Source of the DNA: Gemmatimonadaceae bacterium
Lineage (GTDB): Bacteria; Gemmatimonadota; Gemmatimonadetes; Gemmatimonadales; Gemmatimonadaceae
Length of the DNA stretch: 32,000 nucleotides
Reading direction: 5' to 3'
Assembly (NCBI GenBank): GCA_051859245.1
Contig: JBHYGA010000005.1
Span: forward strand, 814,953-846,952
Shown: piece after piece, positions 10,001-19,609 of the stretch
Numbering within the stretch: the first letter of the stretch is position 1
How the letters are laid out: every line of letters begins with the position of its first letter
Position numbers and translations under genes: made by a program
The notes under the pieces: generated by a model
Told to the model about the DNA's origin: nothing
Seen by the model: the letters and a program-made list of their open reading frames with translations, nothing else
The model's database searches: none

Positions 10001-11697
10001 CGCAGCGACATCACCATCGACTCACGTAGCGAATCGATCGGTGGATTCGTGACCTGCGCAAATCGCTGGCGGAAAAATGCAAATAGCGGATGCGACGCAT
10101 GTGACAGCACCGCGAGCGGTGAGTCATCGCCCATGCTCCAGACGACTTCCGCGCCGCTGCCGGCCATTGGCTCAAGAATCAATCGCAGATCTTCGTGGCC
10201 GTATCCTAACGCGAGTTGCGTTGCGCGAAGTTGCGCGCTGGAACGCACGAGTGGTTCCGATCCGTCACTGGTAGGCAGTGTGGCCATGTGATGTGCCAGC
10301 CAGCGCGCGTACGGTCGCTGCTCGGCAACTTCGCGCTTGGCGGCGATGTTGCGAACAATACGTTGTCCGGCGGTATCCACCAGCAGCACACCGCCAGGGC
10401 CGACCTTGCCCGTCTCCACGATATCGCGCGCATCGAACGCGCCAATGCCCACCTCGGATCCGGCAACGACCATTCCATCGGCGCGGATCTTGTACCGGCA
10501 GGGACGCAACCCGTTGCGATCAAGTGAAACGGCAACCTGAATGCCGTCGCTGTAGGCGATCGCCGCCGGTCCATCCCACGGCTCAATCACACACTGGTGG
10601 TACTCGTAGAATGCACGAATCGTGGGATCAATATCCGGATATTTTTCCCACGCCTGCGGTACGAGCATCATGGCCGCGTGCACGGGCGAGCGGCCACCGC
10701 GCACCAGCAGTTCGAGCGCGTTGTCCAAACTCGACGAATCACTGCCGTTTGGGCGAATCGGTCGGCGCACGCGTTGCGCCTGATCGCCAAACGAAGGTGT
10801 CGCAAGTAATCCGTCACGCATCGACATCGCATTGCGATTGCCCCACAACGTATTGATTTCACCGTTGTGCGCGACCATGCGAAACGGTTGCGCCAGTTCC
10901 CAACGGGGCATGGTGTTGGTCGCGTAACGCTCATGAAACACCGCAATCGCCGTTTCAAATGACGGCTCGCGCAGGTCCGGGAAAAAGTCGGCGAGTTGCG
11001 CGCCCGTAACCAGCCCCTTGTACACAATCGTGCGACACGACAACGAGCAGATGTAAAACGGCTGCAGGCCAAGTGCATCCACGCGGTGCTCCATCTCTCG
11101 ACGTGCCAGATAGAGCGCACGTTCCCACGCGTCGTCTGTTGCACCAGCCGGTCGTCCCACGAGCACCTGTCGAATGCTGGGCATCGCGTCACGTGCGGAG
11201 GGCCCGAGCACGTCCGGGTTCACGGGCACATCGCGCCACCCGAGGCAGGGCAGACCGTCGTCGGCAAGCACGGCCTCAACAATGCGTTCCGCGTGCGCGC
11301 GCGCTTCGATTGCGACAGGCAGAAAGCACATGCCCACGGCGATCGATGCATCCGCAGGCAGATGCAGCCCCTGACGCGAACCTGCCAGCACAAACAGGCG
11401 ACGCGGAATCTGCGTCAGGAGTCCCGCGCCGTCGGCCGAGAGATCCGCGCCCTGCGCACCGCGGTGCGCGAGGCGCGCGGCGGCCGCGAGCGCCAGCTCG
11501 ACCACCTCGTGTGTGCGCTCACCACTTTGCCTCGCGATGAAACCCACGCCGCAGGCATCGCGGCTGGCGTATGGAGATCCAGCGTCAGCGTCGTAGAGGC
11601 TGACCCGACGAGAGGAGGAATGATGCATGGCGTGCTCGGCGAAGAGTCCATCGTCGTGTGCGTGCGCGGCGCGTCGGTACGCGGCGTAGCTGCCCAT
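7003..11697 (-). CDS. gltB: Glutamate synthase large subunit (GltB)
   Basis: Ntn amidotransferase start DACGVGFIA, central FMN/Fe-S domain (LISPPPHHDIYSIEDLAQL, GHAGGTGASP) and C-terminal GXGXG beta-helix domain. Start chosen at Met 11697, with Met 11628 as an alternative. The ORF-track extension up to 12051 overlaps the divergent gene and is unlikely to be translated. Confidence 0.9.
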   Translation of the reverse strand: MGSYAAYRRAAHAHDDGLFAEHAMHHSSSRRVSLYDADAGSPYASRDACGVGFIARQSGERTHEVVELALAAAARLAHRGAQGADLSADGAGLLTQIPRRLFVLAGSRQGLHLPADASIAVGMCFLPVAIEARAHAERIVEAVLADDGLPCLGWRDVPVNPDVLGPSARDAMPSIRQVLVGRPAGATDDAWERALYLARREMEHRVDALGLQPFYICSLSCRTIVYKGLVTGAQLADFFPDLREPSFETAIAVFHERYATNTMPRWELAQPFRMVAHNGEINTLWGNRNAMSMRDGLLATPSFGDQAQRVRRPIRPNGSDSSSLDNALELLVRGGRSPVHAAMMLVPQAWEKYPDIDPTIRAFYEYHQCVIEPWDGPAAIAYSDGIQVAVSLDRNGLRPCRYKIRADGMVVAGSEVGIGAFDARDIVETGKVGPGGVLLVDTAGQRIVRNIAAKREVAEQRPYARWLAHHMATLPTSDGSEPLVRSSAQLRATQLALGYGHEDLRLILEPMAGSGAEVVWSMGDDSPLAVLSHASHPLFAFFRQRFAQVTNPPIDSLRESMVMSLRMHLGQRGSPLLEKAEFARKLRIEHPVLLPDEMAALRSVPGFKAVTLDATWPATSRADELDSVLDALCRRAEAAIGKGVRLLIISDRKVSADRAPIPSLLALGAVRQHLVRIGLRAQVGLVVETGDAVEQHHVATLFGYGAEAVFPWLAMESVATLFSETVAHGREEESADRPGPSLAQSRLRAALEKGLLKILAKMGISTLSSYCGAQMFEALGLGGDVIDRCFAGTASPVGGIGLREIAEDVLARHRSAFGTHASSELVLPDHGRVRFRKEGERHAWSPPSVRALQLAVGSARKARNTDGGPDVESWQSFRASSSGSEAISLRDLIRVREGAPIAIDHVEPIANILTRFVSSAMSLGALSPEAHSAVTVAMNRMGARSNSGEGGEDPAWYTPLTEGSTDDRLDSRIKQVASGRFGVTTGYLVRADEIEIKIVQGAKPGEGGQLPAHKVTALIARLRHSTIGVSLISPPPHHDIYSIEDLAQLVHDLKTVNPRARIGVKLVASAGVGTVAAGVAKAYADYVLIAGHAGGTGASPLSSIKHAGSPWELGLAEAQHVLVQNGLRHRLELRVDGGFRTGRDVIIAAMLGAESFGFGTAPLVALGCDMARQCHLNSCPTGIATQREELRAKFRGSPEHVISYFAHVAQDVREQMAAIGVRSLDELIGRADLLERLDHPELPRSAMLDLSLLLTRAHRDGVPPRRTIARNVRPDVVSVDEQILTDAAEALASGAPFSGSYVVRNHHLAVGARVAGWIAEHKGDAGFEPGRVMLRCTGSAGQSFAAFAIRGMHVELEGEANDYVAKGLTGGEVTIRPFRNARYGGASHLNMIVGNTVLYGATDGVLLAAGQAGDRFAVRNSGACAVVEGVGNHACEYMTGGVVAVLGRTGRNFGAGMSNGVAYVLDESGRLPSRTNHDLVLLADLDEHDEALVQRLLALHRVRTASPRARALLDGWARTRMQWRKVQPRGAAEHVSSIRATWSARLDALLHTSSDKTNAASLTV

Positions 11698-11775
11698 CGC
11701 ACACTCGGCCTTCGGCGCCCATCCGTCAAGAGTGCGGGTGGCGGATGTTACCGTCGGCGCTCTAGCTTTTATCGC

Positions 11776-13104
11776 ATGACGACCCGCCGAGACTTCGTTC
11801 GCCACGCCGCGCTGGTGTCTGCGGCCTCGTTCACCGTGAGTGTACCGGAGCTTCAGCCGCGTACTTCGGCAATAGCGCCGGGCGAGCCGCCGCTCTCGCC
11901 TCAAGCGGGGGATCCCTCTCTGATCGCCCAGGATGAAACCTACTGGGCGAAGGTCGCTGCGCAGTATCGCGTCACCGATCGCACGACCAATCTCGAAGGC
12001 GGGTTCTTTGGCATGATGGCCACACCGGTGCTCGAGGCCTACCATCGCCACATCGATCGCGTGAATCGTGAAAGTTCGTACTTTGCGCGCCGCGAGTATC
12101 CGGCCTTGCTCGCCAATGCGCGGGCACGGGTTGCGCAGGCACTCGGTGTTGCGCCGACCGAGATTGCGTTCTCGCGCGGCGCCACCGAATCGCTGCAGTC
12201 GCTGATCGGTCAGTACAATCGCGTGAACGCTGGTGATACCGTGATGTACGCGGATCTCGACTACAACGCGATGCAGTATGCCATGAATGCGTTGGCGGCG
12301 CGTCGTGGCGCTACGGTGGCAACGCTGAATTTTCCTGAGCCGGCGTCGGTGCCAGCGATTCTTGCGGCGTATACCGCAGCGTTAGATGCCCATCCGCGAA
12401 CAAAGTTGTTGCTGCTCACGCACTGCAACAACAAAACCGGGCTGATTCATCCTGTGCGTGCCATCGCCGATATTGCGCGAGCGCGTGGCGTGGATGTCAT
12501 TCTCGACGCTGCCCACTCATTTGGCCAGGTGCCGATTGAGCTCTCTGAACTCGGTGCAGATTTTGTTGGGCTCAACTTGCACAAGTGGATTGGTGCACCG
12601 GTGGGTGCGGGCGTGATGTACATTCGGGCCGGTCGACTCGACGCGATTGACCGCGCGCACGGTGACGAAGGGTCGCTCGATCGCATCGATAGTCGCATTC
12701 ACACCGGCACCACAGATTTTGCGACGGTACTCACGATTCCGGACGCTCTCGATTTTCAGGCTACGATCGGCTTTGCAAACAAGAGCGCTCGGCTGCGCTT
12801 TCTCCGAGACCGATGGGCGGTGCCCGCACGCGCCATCCCGGGCGTTGATATTCTCACACCAGATGAACCGGGGCTGGTAGGAGCGATTACCGCGTTTCGC
12901 CTGCACGGACGCGGCACGCGAGAGGCCAATCAGGCCGTGGCGCGAACGCTGCTCGAGGAGTTTGGCCTGTTCACCGTGTGGCGCAATGGCCTGGCCAAAG
13001 GCGACTGTGTACGTGTCACGCCCGCGCTCTACAACACGCCGGCCGATTGTGACCGATTGCTGGTCGCGCTGCGCGAGATCGCGTCGCGCTCAAGTGGCGC
13101 ATGA
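11776..13104 (+). CDS. Class-V aminotransferase-fold PLP-dependent enzyme with twin-arginine signal peptide
   Basis: ATG at 11776 gives MTTRRDFVRHAALVSAASF, a Tat-type S/T-RRxF motif plus hydrophobic region. The body resembles the cysteine desulfurase / isopenicillin-N epimerase family, with a LNLHKWIGAP lysine motif. The listed ORF from 10996 is antisense to gltB upstream of this Met. Confidence 0.75.
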   Translation: MTTRRDFVRHAALVSAASFTVSVPELQPRTSAIAPGEPPLSPQAGDPSLIAQDETYWAKVAAQYRVTDRTTNLEGGFFGMMATPVLEAYHRHIDRVNRESSYFARREYPALLANARARVAQALGVAPTEIAFSRGATESLQSLIGQYNRVNAGDTVMYADLDYNAMQYAMNALAARRGATVATLNFPEPASVPAILAAYTAALDAHPRTKLLLLTHCNNKTGLIHPVRAIADIARARGVDVILDAAHSFGQVPIELSELGADFVGLNLHKWIGAPVGAGVMYIRAGRLDAIDRAHGDEGSLDRIDSRIHTGTTDFATVLTIPDALDFQATIGFANKSARLRFLRDRWAVPARAIPGVDILTPDEPGLVGAITAFRLHGRGTREANQAVARTLLEEFGLFTVWRNGLAKGDCVRVTPALYNTPADCDRLLVALREIASRSSGA

Positions 13105-13159
13105 GAATCTCCCCTGCGCAGCCTGACGCACGCGTGAGTGATTGCGCATACTTCGATCT

Positions 13160-13639
13160 ATGAAATCTTCGTGGATCAGTCTGGCGGTCTGGATCGTGGG
13201 AACGAGTCTGGCCGCGATCAGTGGCGCCGTTACGGCGAAAGAGGCGGCTCGCTTTTACGGATTGCTCGAGAAGCCACGCTGGGCCCCCCCCGCGTGGCTG
13301 TTTGGCCCGGCCTGGACCGTGCTCTACATCGTGATGGCCGTGGCGGCCTGGCGGATCTGGCGCGAGTTTGGCTTCGATGGAGCACGTGGCGAGCTCATCC
13401 TTTATGGCGTGCAGTTGGCACTGAACGCGGCCTGGAGCTGGTTCTTCTTTGTCAGGCACACCGGTCTTGGTGCTACCATCGAAGTGTCGTTCATGCTCAC
13501 CGCGGTGATCGCGACCATGACGGCGTTCGCATTGCGCGATCCGATCGCCGGACTGTTATTTGTGCCGTACGTCATGTGGGTGTCGTTCGCAACAGCGCTC
13601 ACCGTCTCAGTGTGGCGGCGTAATCCCACATTGCTGTAA
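13160..13639 (+). CDS. tspO: TspO/MBR tryptophan-rich sensory protein
   Basis: KPRWAPPAWLFGPAWTVLYIVMAVAAWRIW and LALNAAWSWFFF are typical of the five-TM TspO family. ATG at 13160, with an alternative TTG at 13142. Confidence 0.85.
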   Translation: MKSSWISLAVWIVGTSLAAISGAVTAKEAARFYGLLEKPRWAPPAWLFGPAWTVLYIVMAVAAWRIWREFGFDGARGELILYGVQLALNAAWSWFFFVRHTGLGATIEVSFMLTAVIATMTAFALRDPIAGLLFVPYVMWVSFATALTVSVWRRNPTLL

Positions 13640-13656
13640 AACCCTTACTCCCCCAC

Positions 13657-15471
13657 ATGACGTTTCCGCCGCTGCCGCCGGCTATTGAGGAAATGTTCGA
13701 CGTGATCCGCCCGCTTGGTCAGGGTGGAATGGGTGCCGTGTGGCTTGTGCGCGATCGATTTCTTGAGCGTGAAGTTGCGCTCAAGGTGTTGCTCGACGAG
13801 CACACGGGTTTTGACATGCGCGAGCGTTTCCTGCGAGAAGCGCGCACGAGTGCACGTCTTGAACATCCGCACATCATCGACGTGTACCGCGCCGATGAAA
13901 CAGAAGGCAGCGTCTGGTTCACCATGCGGTACGTGGAGGGCGAGACACTCGGCGATCGCATTCGGGAGCGCGGCGCGCTGCCCGTGGCCGATGTGGCGCG
14001 CATTCTTCGTGAAGTGGCCTGGGGGCTCGCCTACGCGCACGCGCGCGGCATTGTGCACCGCGATATCAAACCCGACAACATTCTGCTCGATCGTGAATCC
14101 GGGCGCGCCGTGCTGTCGGACTTCGGTATTGCGCGCGATCCGTCGAACAAGGCGAGTGGTCTGACCGTTGACGGGCACGTGCTCGGTTCGGTTCACTTCA
14201 TGAGTCCTGAACAGGCGTCCGGCGAAGAGCTAGACGGACGCAGTGATCTGTACGCGGTTGGTGTGGTGGGCTATCTCGCATTGAGTGGCAAACTGCCGTT
14301 TGATGGCACGCCGCAAAGTGTGCTCGTGTCTCACGTGACCAAAGCAGTACCGTCACTCGACGACGTCGCGCCAAGTTTGCCGCGCAGTATTGTTGATGTG
14401 ATTGAGCGCTGTCTCCGAAAGAATCCGGCCGATCGGTATGCATCGGCAGACGCACTCGCGGGTGCGCTCGACGCCGCCATGCGCGACGCGCAACAAATCG
14501 CTCAGCGTGACGCAGACTCGTCGCCCGGCGCGGTGCTTTCGTCGGAGGACGCACTGGTGATCTGGCAGCGCGCCGCACAGTTGCAGGCGGAAGCGGCTCA
14601 TCGCATGGAGCGCAATGCGCGGTTGCAGAGCAACAATGGCGCGAACGCTGGTGTGAGTGAGCCGGGTAGCTTTCGTGTGGCGGAAGTTGAGGCCGCCGCT
14701 GTCGAAGCGGGCATTTCGCGACAGTATGTGGCGTTGGCGCTGGCAGAGCGGCGGGCTGGCGATCGGAACGCGAATGCCGTCGTGCTGAGTGAATCACAGG
14801 ACGCACAGTTTACCGCGCTGCTTGGCACGAAGGACCGCGCCGTCAGCGTATCGCGTGTGATCCCAGCGTCGCCCAAGGTCACGCTGGCGGCGATCGGCGC
14901 CGTGTTCACCGCCGATCCGTATCGGCTCAATGTCCGCGACACGGTGAACGGCCATCCGATTGACGGAGGCATTCTGCGTTTCACCGCGCCGCGATTTACC
15001 ACGGCGGCCTGGATCACCGGTGCAACATCCAAAAGCAATCTGCTGTATCGTTTGGAGCAGATTGAGTTGTTCGATCTCAACGTGACGCTGCAGCCACGCG
15101 GCACGCCGCAGCATCCGGCCTGCGAAGTGATCATTACGGGCGATCTGCGCAGTGGACTTGAACGCAATCTGCGCGCCGACAAGTGGATTGTGGGCACCAG
15201 TACCGTGATCGCCGGCGCCGGTGGAACGGCCGCACTGATCGGCACGATGGGATCGCTCGCCCTCGCGGCGCTGCCCGGAGTGGGGCTCGCCGCGATGGCT
15301 GGCAGCGCGGCGTTGGTGTGGTATCGCTGGCTCTTCCGTCAGGCGCTAGCCAAGGCCGTCATCGAGCTTGAAGGCTTGCTCGAAAGCATCGAGAAGTATC
15401 TCTCGCGCAAAGAACTTTTTGGAGATCTGGACGAGCGCGGCAACGTGCCGCGTCTTGGCGGAGCGCGCTAG
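13657..15471 (+). CDS. Ser/Thr protein kinase with uncharacterised C-terminal region and C-terminal hydrophobic anchor
   Basis: Hanks kinase motifs: GQGGMGAVW, VALK, HRDIKPDNILL, DFGIA and SPEQ. About 330 residues follow the kinase domain, ending in a Gly/Ala-rich hydrophobic stretch (IAGAGGTAALIGTMGSLALAALPGVGLAAMAGSAALVWY). Confidence 0.85.
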   Translation: MTFPPLPPAIEEMFDVIRPLGQGGMGAVWLVRDRFLEREVALKVLLDEHTGFDMRERFLREARTSARLEHPHIIDVYRADETEGSVWFTMRYVEGETLGDRIRERGALPVADVARILREVAWGLAYAHARGIVHRDIKPDNILLDRESGRAVLSDFGIARDPSNKASGLTVDGHVLGSVHFMSPEQASGEELDGRSDLYAVGVVGYLALSGKLPFDGTPQSVLVSHVTKAVPSLDDVAPSLPRSIVDVIERCLRKNPADRYASADALAGALDAAMRDAQQIAQRDADSSPGAVLSSEDALVIWQRAAQLQAEAAHRMERNARLQSNNGANAGVSEPGSFRVAEVEAAAVEAGISRQYVALALAERRAGDRNANAVVLSESQDAQFTALLGTKDRAVSVSRVIPASPKVTLAAIGAVFTADPYRLNVRDTVNGHPIDGGILRFTAPRFTTAAWITGATSKSNLLYRLEQIELFDLNVTLQPRGTPQHPACEVIITGDLRSGLERNLRADKWIVGTSTVIAGAGGTAALIGTMGSLALAALPGVGLAAMAGSAALVWYRWLFRQALAKAVIELEGLLESIEKYLSRKELFGDLDERGNVPRLGGAR

Positions 15472-16961
15472 TGCGTATGGGCGAGCCACGCCGTGTGCGG
15501 CTCGCGGTAATCGGTGGTGGCTGTTCGGGCATCGCCATGGCGGCGCAGCTGCGCACGCAGGGCATCGAAGACTTTGTGATTCTCGAACGCGCCGCTGATC
15601 TTGGTGGCACGTGGCGAGATAACTCGTATCCGGGATGCGCGTGCGATGTGCAGTCGGCGCTGTATTCGTTTTCGTTCGCACCCAATCCGGAGTGGACCCG
15701 CACCTTCTCGCCGCAGGCGGAGATCTGGGCGTATCTGCGCCGGTGTGCCGAGCAACTTGATCTGCTCAAACATTTTGCGTTCAATCAGGATGTGCAAAGT
15801 GCACACTGGAGCGAACAGGACGCCTGTTGGCGGATCACAACGCGCGCCGGCGAGTGGAGAGCGAATGCGCTGGTCCTCGCGAGCGGAGCGCTCAGTGATC
15901 CCGTGGTGCCAGCGATCGATGGCCTGGCAAGCTTTCAGGGCCGCGTGTTTCACTCCGCGCAGTGGGACCATACGTTCGATTTCAGCAACGCGCGCGTGGC
16001 GGTAGTGGGGACTGGCGCGTCGGCAATACAGTTTGTGCCGCGCATTCAACCACACGTCTCGCAGTTGCATCTGTTTCAGCGCTCCGCACCATGGGTGCTA
16101 CCGCGCCGAGATCGCGCGGTACCCGAGTGGCGCAAACGCGTGTATCGCGCAATCCCGGCCGCGCAGCGAGCATCGCGCGCCGCGGTGTACCTACTTCGTG
16201 AGTTGATCTTCTTTCCGTTTCGATATCCGCAGCTGGTTGGGCTTGCCGAGGCGGTCGCGCAGTGGCATCTCAAGTCGCAGGTCAAGAATGCAGCGCTGCG
16301 CGAGAAGCTCACGCCAACTTATCGGCTGGGTTGCAAACGTGTGCTGGTGTCCGACGACTACTACCCGGCCGTTGCGCAGCCCAACGTTTCTCTCATCACA
16401 CAACCGATCGCGCGCGTGAACGCGCACGGTGTGGAAACGGTCAACGGCGAGCAGCACACGGTTGACGCGATCATTTTCGGCACCGGATTTCGACCCACCG
16501 ATCCACCGCTCGCTCCGCACATCACCGGACGCGACGGCCGCACGCTCGACGACGTCTGGCAGGGGAGTCCGTCGGCCTATCGTGGCACAACCGTTGCCGG
16601 GTTCCCCAACTTCTTCGTATTGCTCGGCCCCAACACGGGCCTTGGGCACACATCAATTCTGCTGATGGTGGAAGCGCAGACGCGTCATGTGGCGCAAGTG
16701 CTTGCGGCCATGGACAAGCGCGGTGCGCGTTCGGTTGAACCAACCAGCGAAGCGCAGCGCGCCTTTGATCGATGGATCGAAACCAATCTCGCCCGCACCG
16801 TGTGGAACACCGGCGGGTGCCGCAGTTGGTATCTCGACGCCAATGGTCGAAACTCCACGCTCTGGCCGTTTGGCATTGGGCGCTTTCGCCGTCTGATGTC
16901 GCACCTCGATGAACGCGACTATCGCTTTACGATCGCGCACCCTTCGCCCAACGCCTCATGA
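15471..16961 (+). CDS. Type I Baeyer-Villiger / flavin-containing monooxygenase
   Basis: Two Rossmann motifs (VIGGGCSG, VVGTGASA) and the BVMO fingerprint FxGxxxHxxxWD (FQGRVFHSAQWD). The GTG at 15471 overlaps the kinase stop by 1 nt. An ATG at 15477 is an alternative. Confidence 0.8.
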   Translation: MRMGEPRRVRLAVIGGGCSGIAMAAQLRTQGIEDFVILERAADLGGTWRDNSYPGCACDVQSALYSFSFAPNPEWTRTFSPQAEIWAYLRRCAEQLDLLKHFAFNQDVQSAHWSEQDACWRITTRAGEWRANALVLASGALSDPVVPAIDGLASFQGRVFHSAQWDHTFDFSNARVAVVGTGASAIQFVPRIQPHVSQLHLFQRSAPWVLPRRDRAVPEWRKRVYRAIPAAQRASRAAVYLLRELIFFPFRYPQLVGLAEAVAQWHLKSQVKNAALREKLTPTYRLGCKRVLVSDDYYPAVAQPNVSLITQPIARVNAHGVETVNGEQHTVDAIIFGTGFRPTDPPLAPHITGRDGRTLDDVWQGSPSAYRGTTVAGFPNFFVLLGPNTGLGHTSILLMVEAQTRHVAQVLAAMDKRGARSVEPTSEAQRAFDRWIETNLARTVWNTGGCRSWYLDANGRNSTLWPFGIGRFRRLMSHLDERDYRFTIAHPSPNAS

Positions 16962-18001
16962 AGTATCAACTCGAGGCGGCATTTGCCAGACTGACGAGTC
17001 GACTTCCGTCTGCATTGCTTCTGCGTGTGATCAACGAGCCGGCAACGGTTTGCGACGGTCACACGCTGGATCCACAGGTGCAGTTTTTGCTGCGCATGCA
17101 ACAACTCACTGGCCGCCCCGGGTTCTGCGACCCAACGCCCGAGGCGGGGCGGCAGCGGTACCGTGCGGAAACATCGGCGCATGTTCGTTCACCCACTGCG
17201 GTGGGGAGCGTGCGCGATATCGCGATTCCTGCCGATGCTCGCACGTTGCGCGCGCGACACTACGCACCGGCGGCGACAGCGTCATCGCCAACGCCGCTGC
17301 TGGTGTACTTGCATGGCGGTGGATTTGTGATCGGTGATCTCGATACGCACGATGAACCCTGTCGCTTGTTGTGTCACCACGCCCAGACACACGTACTGAG
17401 CGTTGAATACCGGCTGGCACCCGAACACCCGTTTCCGGCGGCGGTCGAGGACAGCATTTTCGCGCTTGCGTGGGCGCAGGAGCACGCACTGTCGCTCGGC
17501 GCGGATCCCACGCGGGTGTGTGTTGGTGGAGACAGCGCCGGGGCCAACCTGGCCACCGTGGCGGCTCATGTTCGCGCCTTGCAAGGGCGGGCCGCCTCCG
17601 CACAGTTGCTGATCTATCCGGTGATGGATCGCGCGGAAACGTCGTCACGTCGCGATTTTGCCAGGGGATTCCTGCTCGAGCAGCGTGACATGCTCGCGTT
17701 CGACCGGTATTACACCCCCGAACCCGTCGGCGATGATCGTGTCTGGCAGGTGAATCCGCTGCATGCGCCCGAACTGCACCGTTTACCGCCAACGATGCTC
17801 GTGACGGCTGGTTTTGATCCGTTGCGTGACGAAGGGCAGGCCTACGCCAGCGCGCTCCGGGCCGCGGGCGTGTCGGTTCGTGAACGCTGCGAAGGTTCGC
17901 TTGTGCATGGATTTCTGCACATGACCGCTGCGGTTCCCGCGGCCGCCCGCGCCACGCGTGAGATCGCCGCCGAGTGGCGAGCGCTTGTCACGCCCGCATA
18001 G
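16958..18001 (+). CDS. Alpha/beta hydrolase, family IV (HSL-type) esterase/lipase
   Basis: Oxyanion motif HGGGF, nucleophile elbow GDSAGANL, and downstream DPLRDE and HGF consistent with the catalytic Asp/His. The start overlaps the BVMO stop (ATGA). Confidence 0.8.
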   Translation: MKYQLEAAFARLTSRLPSALLLRVINEPATVCDGHTLDPQVQFLLRMQQLTGRPGFCDPTPEAGRQRYRAETSAHVRSPTAVGSVRDIAIPADARTLRARHYAPAATASSPTPLLVYLHGGGFVIGDLDTHDEPCRLLCHHAQTHVLSVEYRLAPEHPFPAAVEDSIFALAWAQEHALSLGADPTRVCVGGDSAGANLATVAAHVRALQGRAASAQLLIYPVMDRAETSSRRDFARGFLLEQRDMLAFDRYYTPEPVGDDRVWQVNPLHAPELHRLPPTMLVTAGFDPLRDEGQAYASALRAAGVSVRERCEGSLVHGFLHMTAAVPAAARATREIAAEWRALVTPA

Positions 18002-18009
18002 TTTGCAGC

Positions 18010-19605
18010 ATGTCAGACGAACGCCTTTCTCCCTCAGGAATTCCGCTGCCGGTGGCCGCCCGCCCGGCTGACGCGCCCATCGACTACGCCAACGACCTTG
18101 GCGATCCCGGCGTGTTTCCGTACACGCGCGGCGTACAGCCCAACATGTATCGCGGCCGACACTGGACCATGCGCCAGTACGCGGGATTCGGCACGGCGCA
18201 GGCGACCAACACCCGCTTCAAGCTGTTGCTTGAAGCGGGCCAAACCGGTCTGTCGGTGGCGTTCGATCTGCCCACGCAAATGGGGCTCGATTCGAGTGAC
18301 CCACGCGCGCTCGGCGAAGTGGGGCGTGTAGGTGTCGCGATCGACACTGTGGATGACATGCACACATTGCTCGACGGGATTCCGCTCGACAAAGTGTCAA
18401 CATCCATGACGATCAACGCCACGGCCGCGACGTTGCTGGCCATGTACATCGTGGTGGCGGAAGAGCGGGGTATCGCACGCAGCGCACTCTCGGGCACCAC
18501 GCAGAACGATATTCTCAAAGAGTACATCGCGCGCGGTACGTACATTTATCCACCGGCGCCGTCGCTTGCACTCACGGCGGAAACGTTCAGGTTCTGCGCG
18601 CAGGAAGTGCCCAGCTGGAATCCGATTTCCATTTCGGGCTATCACATCCGTGAAGCGGGCAGTACGGCTGTACAGGAAGTGGCGTTCACGTTTGCTGATG
18701 GACTGGCGTACGTGCAACAGGCCATCGATACCGGCCTCGCGGTGGATGATTTTGCACCGCGACTGTCGTTCTTCTTTGCCGCACATAACGATCTGTTCGA
18801 AGAAGTGGCCAAGTTTCGTGCGGCTCGCCGTTTGTGGGCGCGGCTCATGCGCGATCGGTTCTCGGCGAACGAGAAATCATGTCGCCTTCGCTTTCACACA
18901 CAAACGGGTGGTGTTACACTCACCGCGCAGCAGCCGCTGACCAACGTGGTGCGCGTCACGGTGCAAGCGCTTGCCGCGGCGCTCGGTGGCACGCAGTCAC
19001 TGCACACCAACGGCTACGACGAAGCGCTCGCCCTTCCGACGGGTGAATCGGCCACGCTGGCGCTGCGCACGCAGCAGGTGATCGCGTACGAAAGCGGTCT
19101 GGCGCAAACGGTCGATCCACTCGCTGGCAGCTGGTACGTGGAGCAGCTCACCAACGAAATTGAGTCGCGTGCCATGGCGCTGATTACGCACGTCGATGAA
19201 CTCGGCGGCGCCGTGGCTGGCATTGAAGCCGGTTTCTTTCAGGACGAAATCGGACGGAGCGCCTACGCGCAACAACTGCGTATTGAGGCGGGTGAAACGG
19301 TTATCGTTGGCGTTAACAAGTTTGGTGACGGGCAGGATCCCCCAATCATTCCTGCGCCTGATTTCTCCGCGCTTGAACTGGAGCAGGTCGCGCGTTTGCG
19401 CGAGTGCAAGGCACATCGTGATGATGCCGCGGTTCAGCAGTCGTTGTCTGCGCTGCGCGCCGCGGCGCCATCGTATTTGCCGGAGCATATTGGCGAGCGC
19501 ACACATCTCATGCCGCTCGTGATTGACGCGGTACGCGCGCGTGCATCGGTTGGTGAAATCGCTGCGGCGCTTGGTGAGGTGTGGGGGCGCTACCAGCCCG
19601 TGTAG
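18010..19605 (+). CDS. Methylmalonyl-CoA mutase family protein, catalytic (large) domain only
   Basis: Strong acyl-CoA mutase TIM-barrel similarity: [57 protein letters not shown] and RFHTQTGG. About 530 aa with no C-terminal B12-binding domain. ATG at 18010, 8 nt after the esterase stop. Confidence 0.85.
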   Translation: MSDERLSPSGIPLPVAARPADAPIDYANDLGDPGVFPYTRGVQPNMYRGRHWTMRQYAGFGTAQATNTRFKLLLEAGQTGLSVAFDLPTQMGLDSSDPRALGEVGRVGVAIDTVDDMHTLLDGIPLDKVSTSMTINATAATLLAMYIVVAEERGIARSALSGTTQNDILKEYIARGTYIYPPAPSLALTAETFRFCAQEVPSWNPISISGYHIREAGSTAVQEVAFTFADGLAYVQQAIDTGLAVDDFAPRLSFFFAAHNDLFEEVAKFRAARRLWARLMRDRFSANEKSCRLRFHTQTGGVTLTAQQPLTNVVRVTVQALAAALGGTQSLHTNGYDEALALPTGESATLALRTQQVIAYESGLAQTVDPLAGSWYVEQLTNEIESRAMALITHVDELGGAVAGIEAGFFQDEIGRSAYAQQLRIEAGETVIVGVNKFGDGQDPPIIPAPDFSALELEQVARLRECKAHRDDAAVQQSLSALRAAAPSYLPEHIGERTHLMPLVIDAVRARASVGEIAAALGEVWGRYQPV

Positions 19606-19609
19606 CTGC

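Noticed and set aside
10996-11775. Upstream 260 codons of the 702-aa plus-strand ORF
   Set aside because: This part is antisense to gltB and has no family similarity. A Tat-signal Met at 11776 gives a normal-length class-V PLP enzyme.
11698-12051. Upstream extension of the gltB ORF to 12051
   Set aside because: It would overlap the divergent aminotransferase gene by about 275 nt and add about 118 residues before the Ntn Cys. GltB proteins need only a short propeptide before CGVGF.
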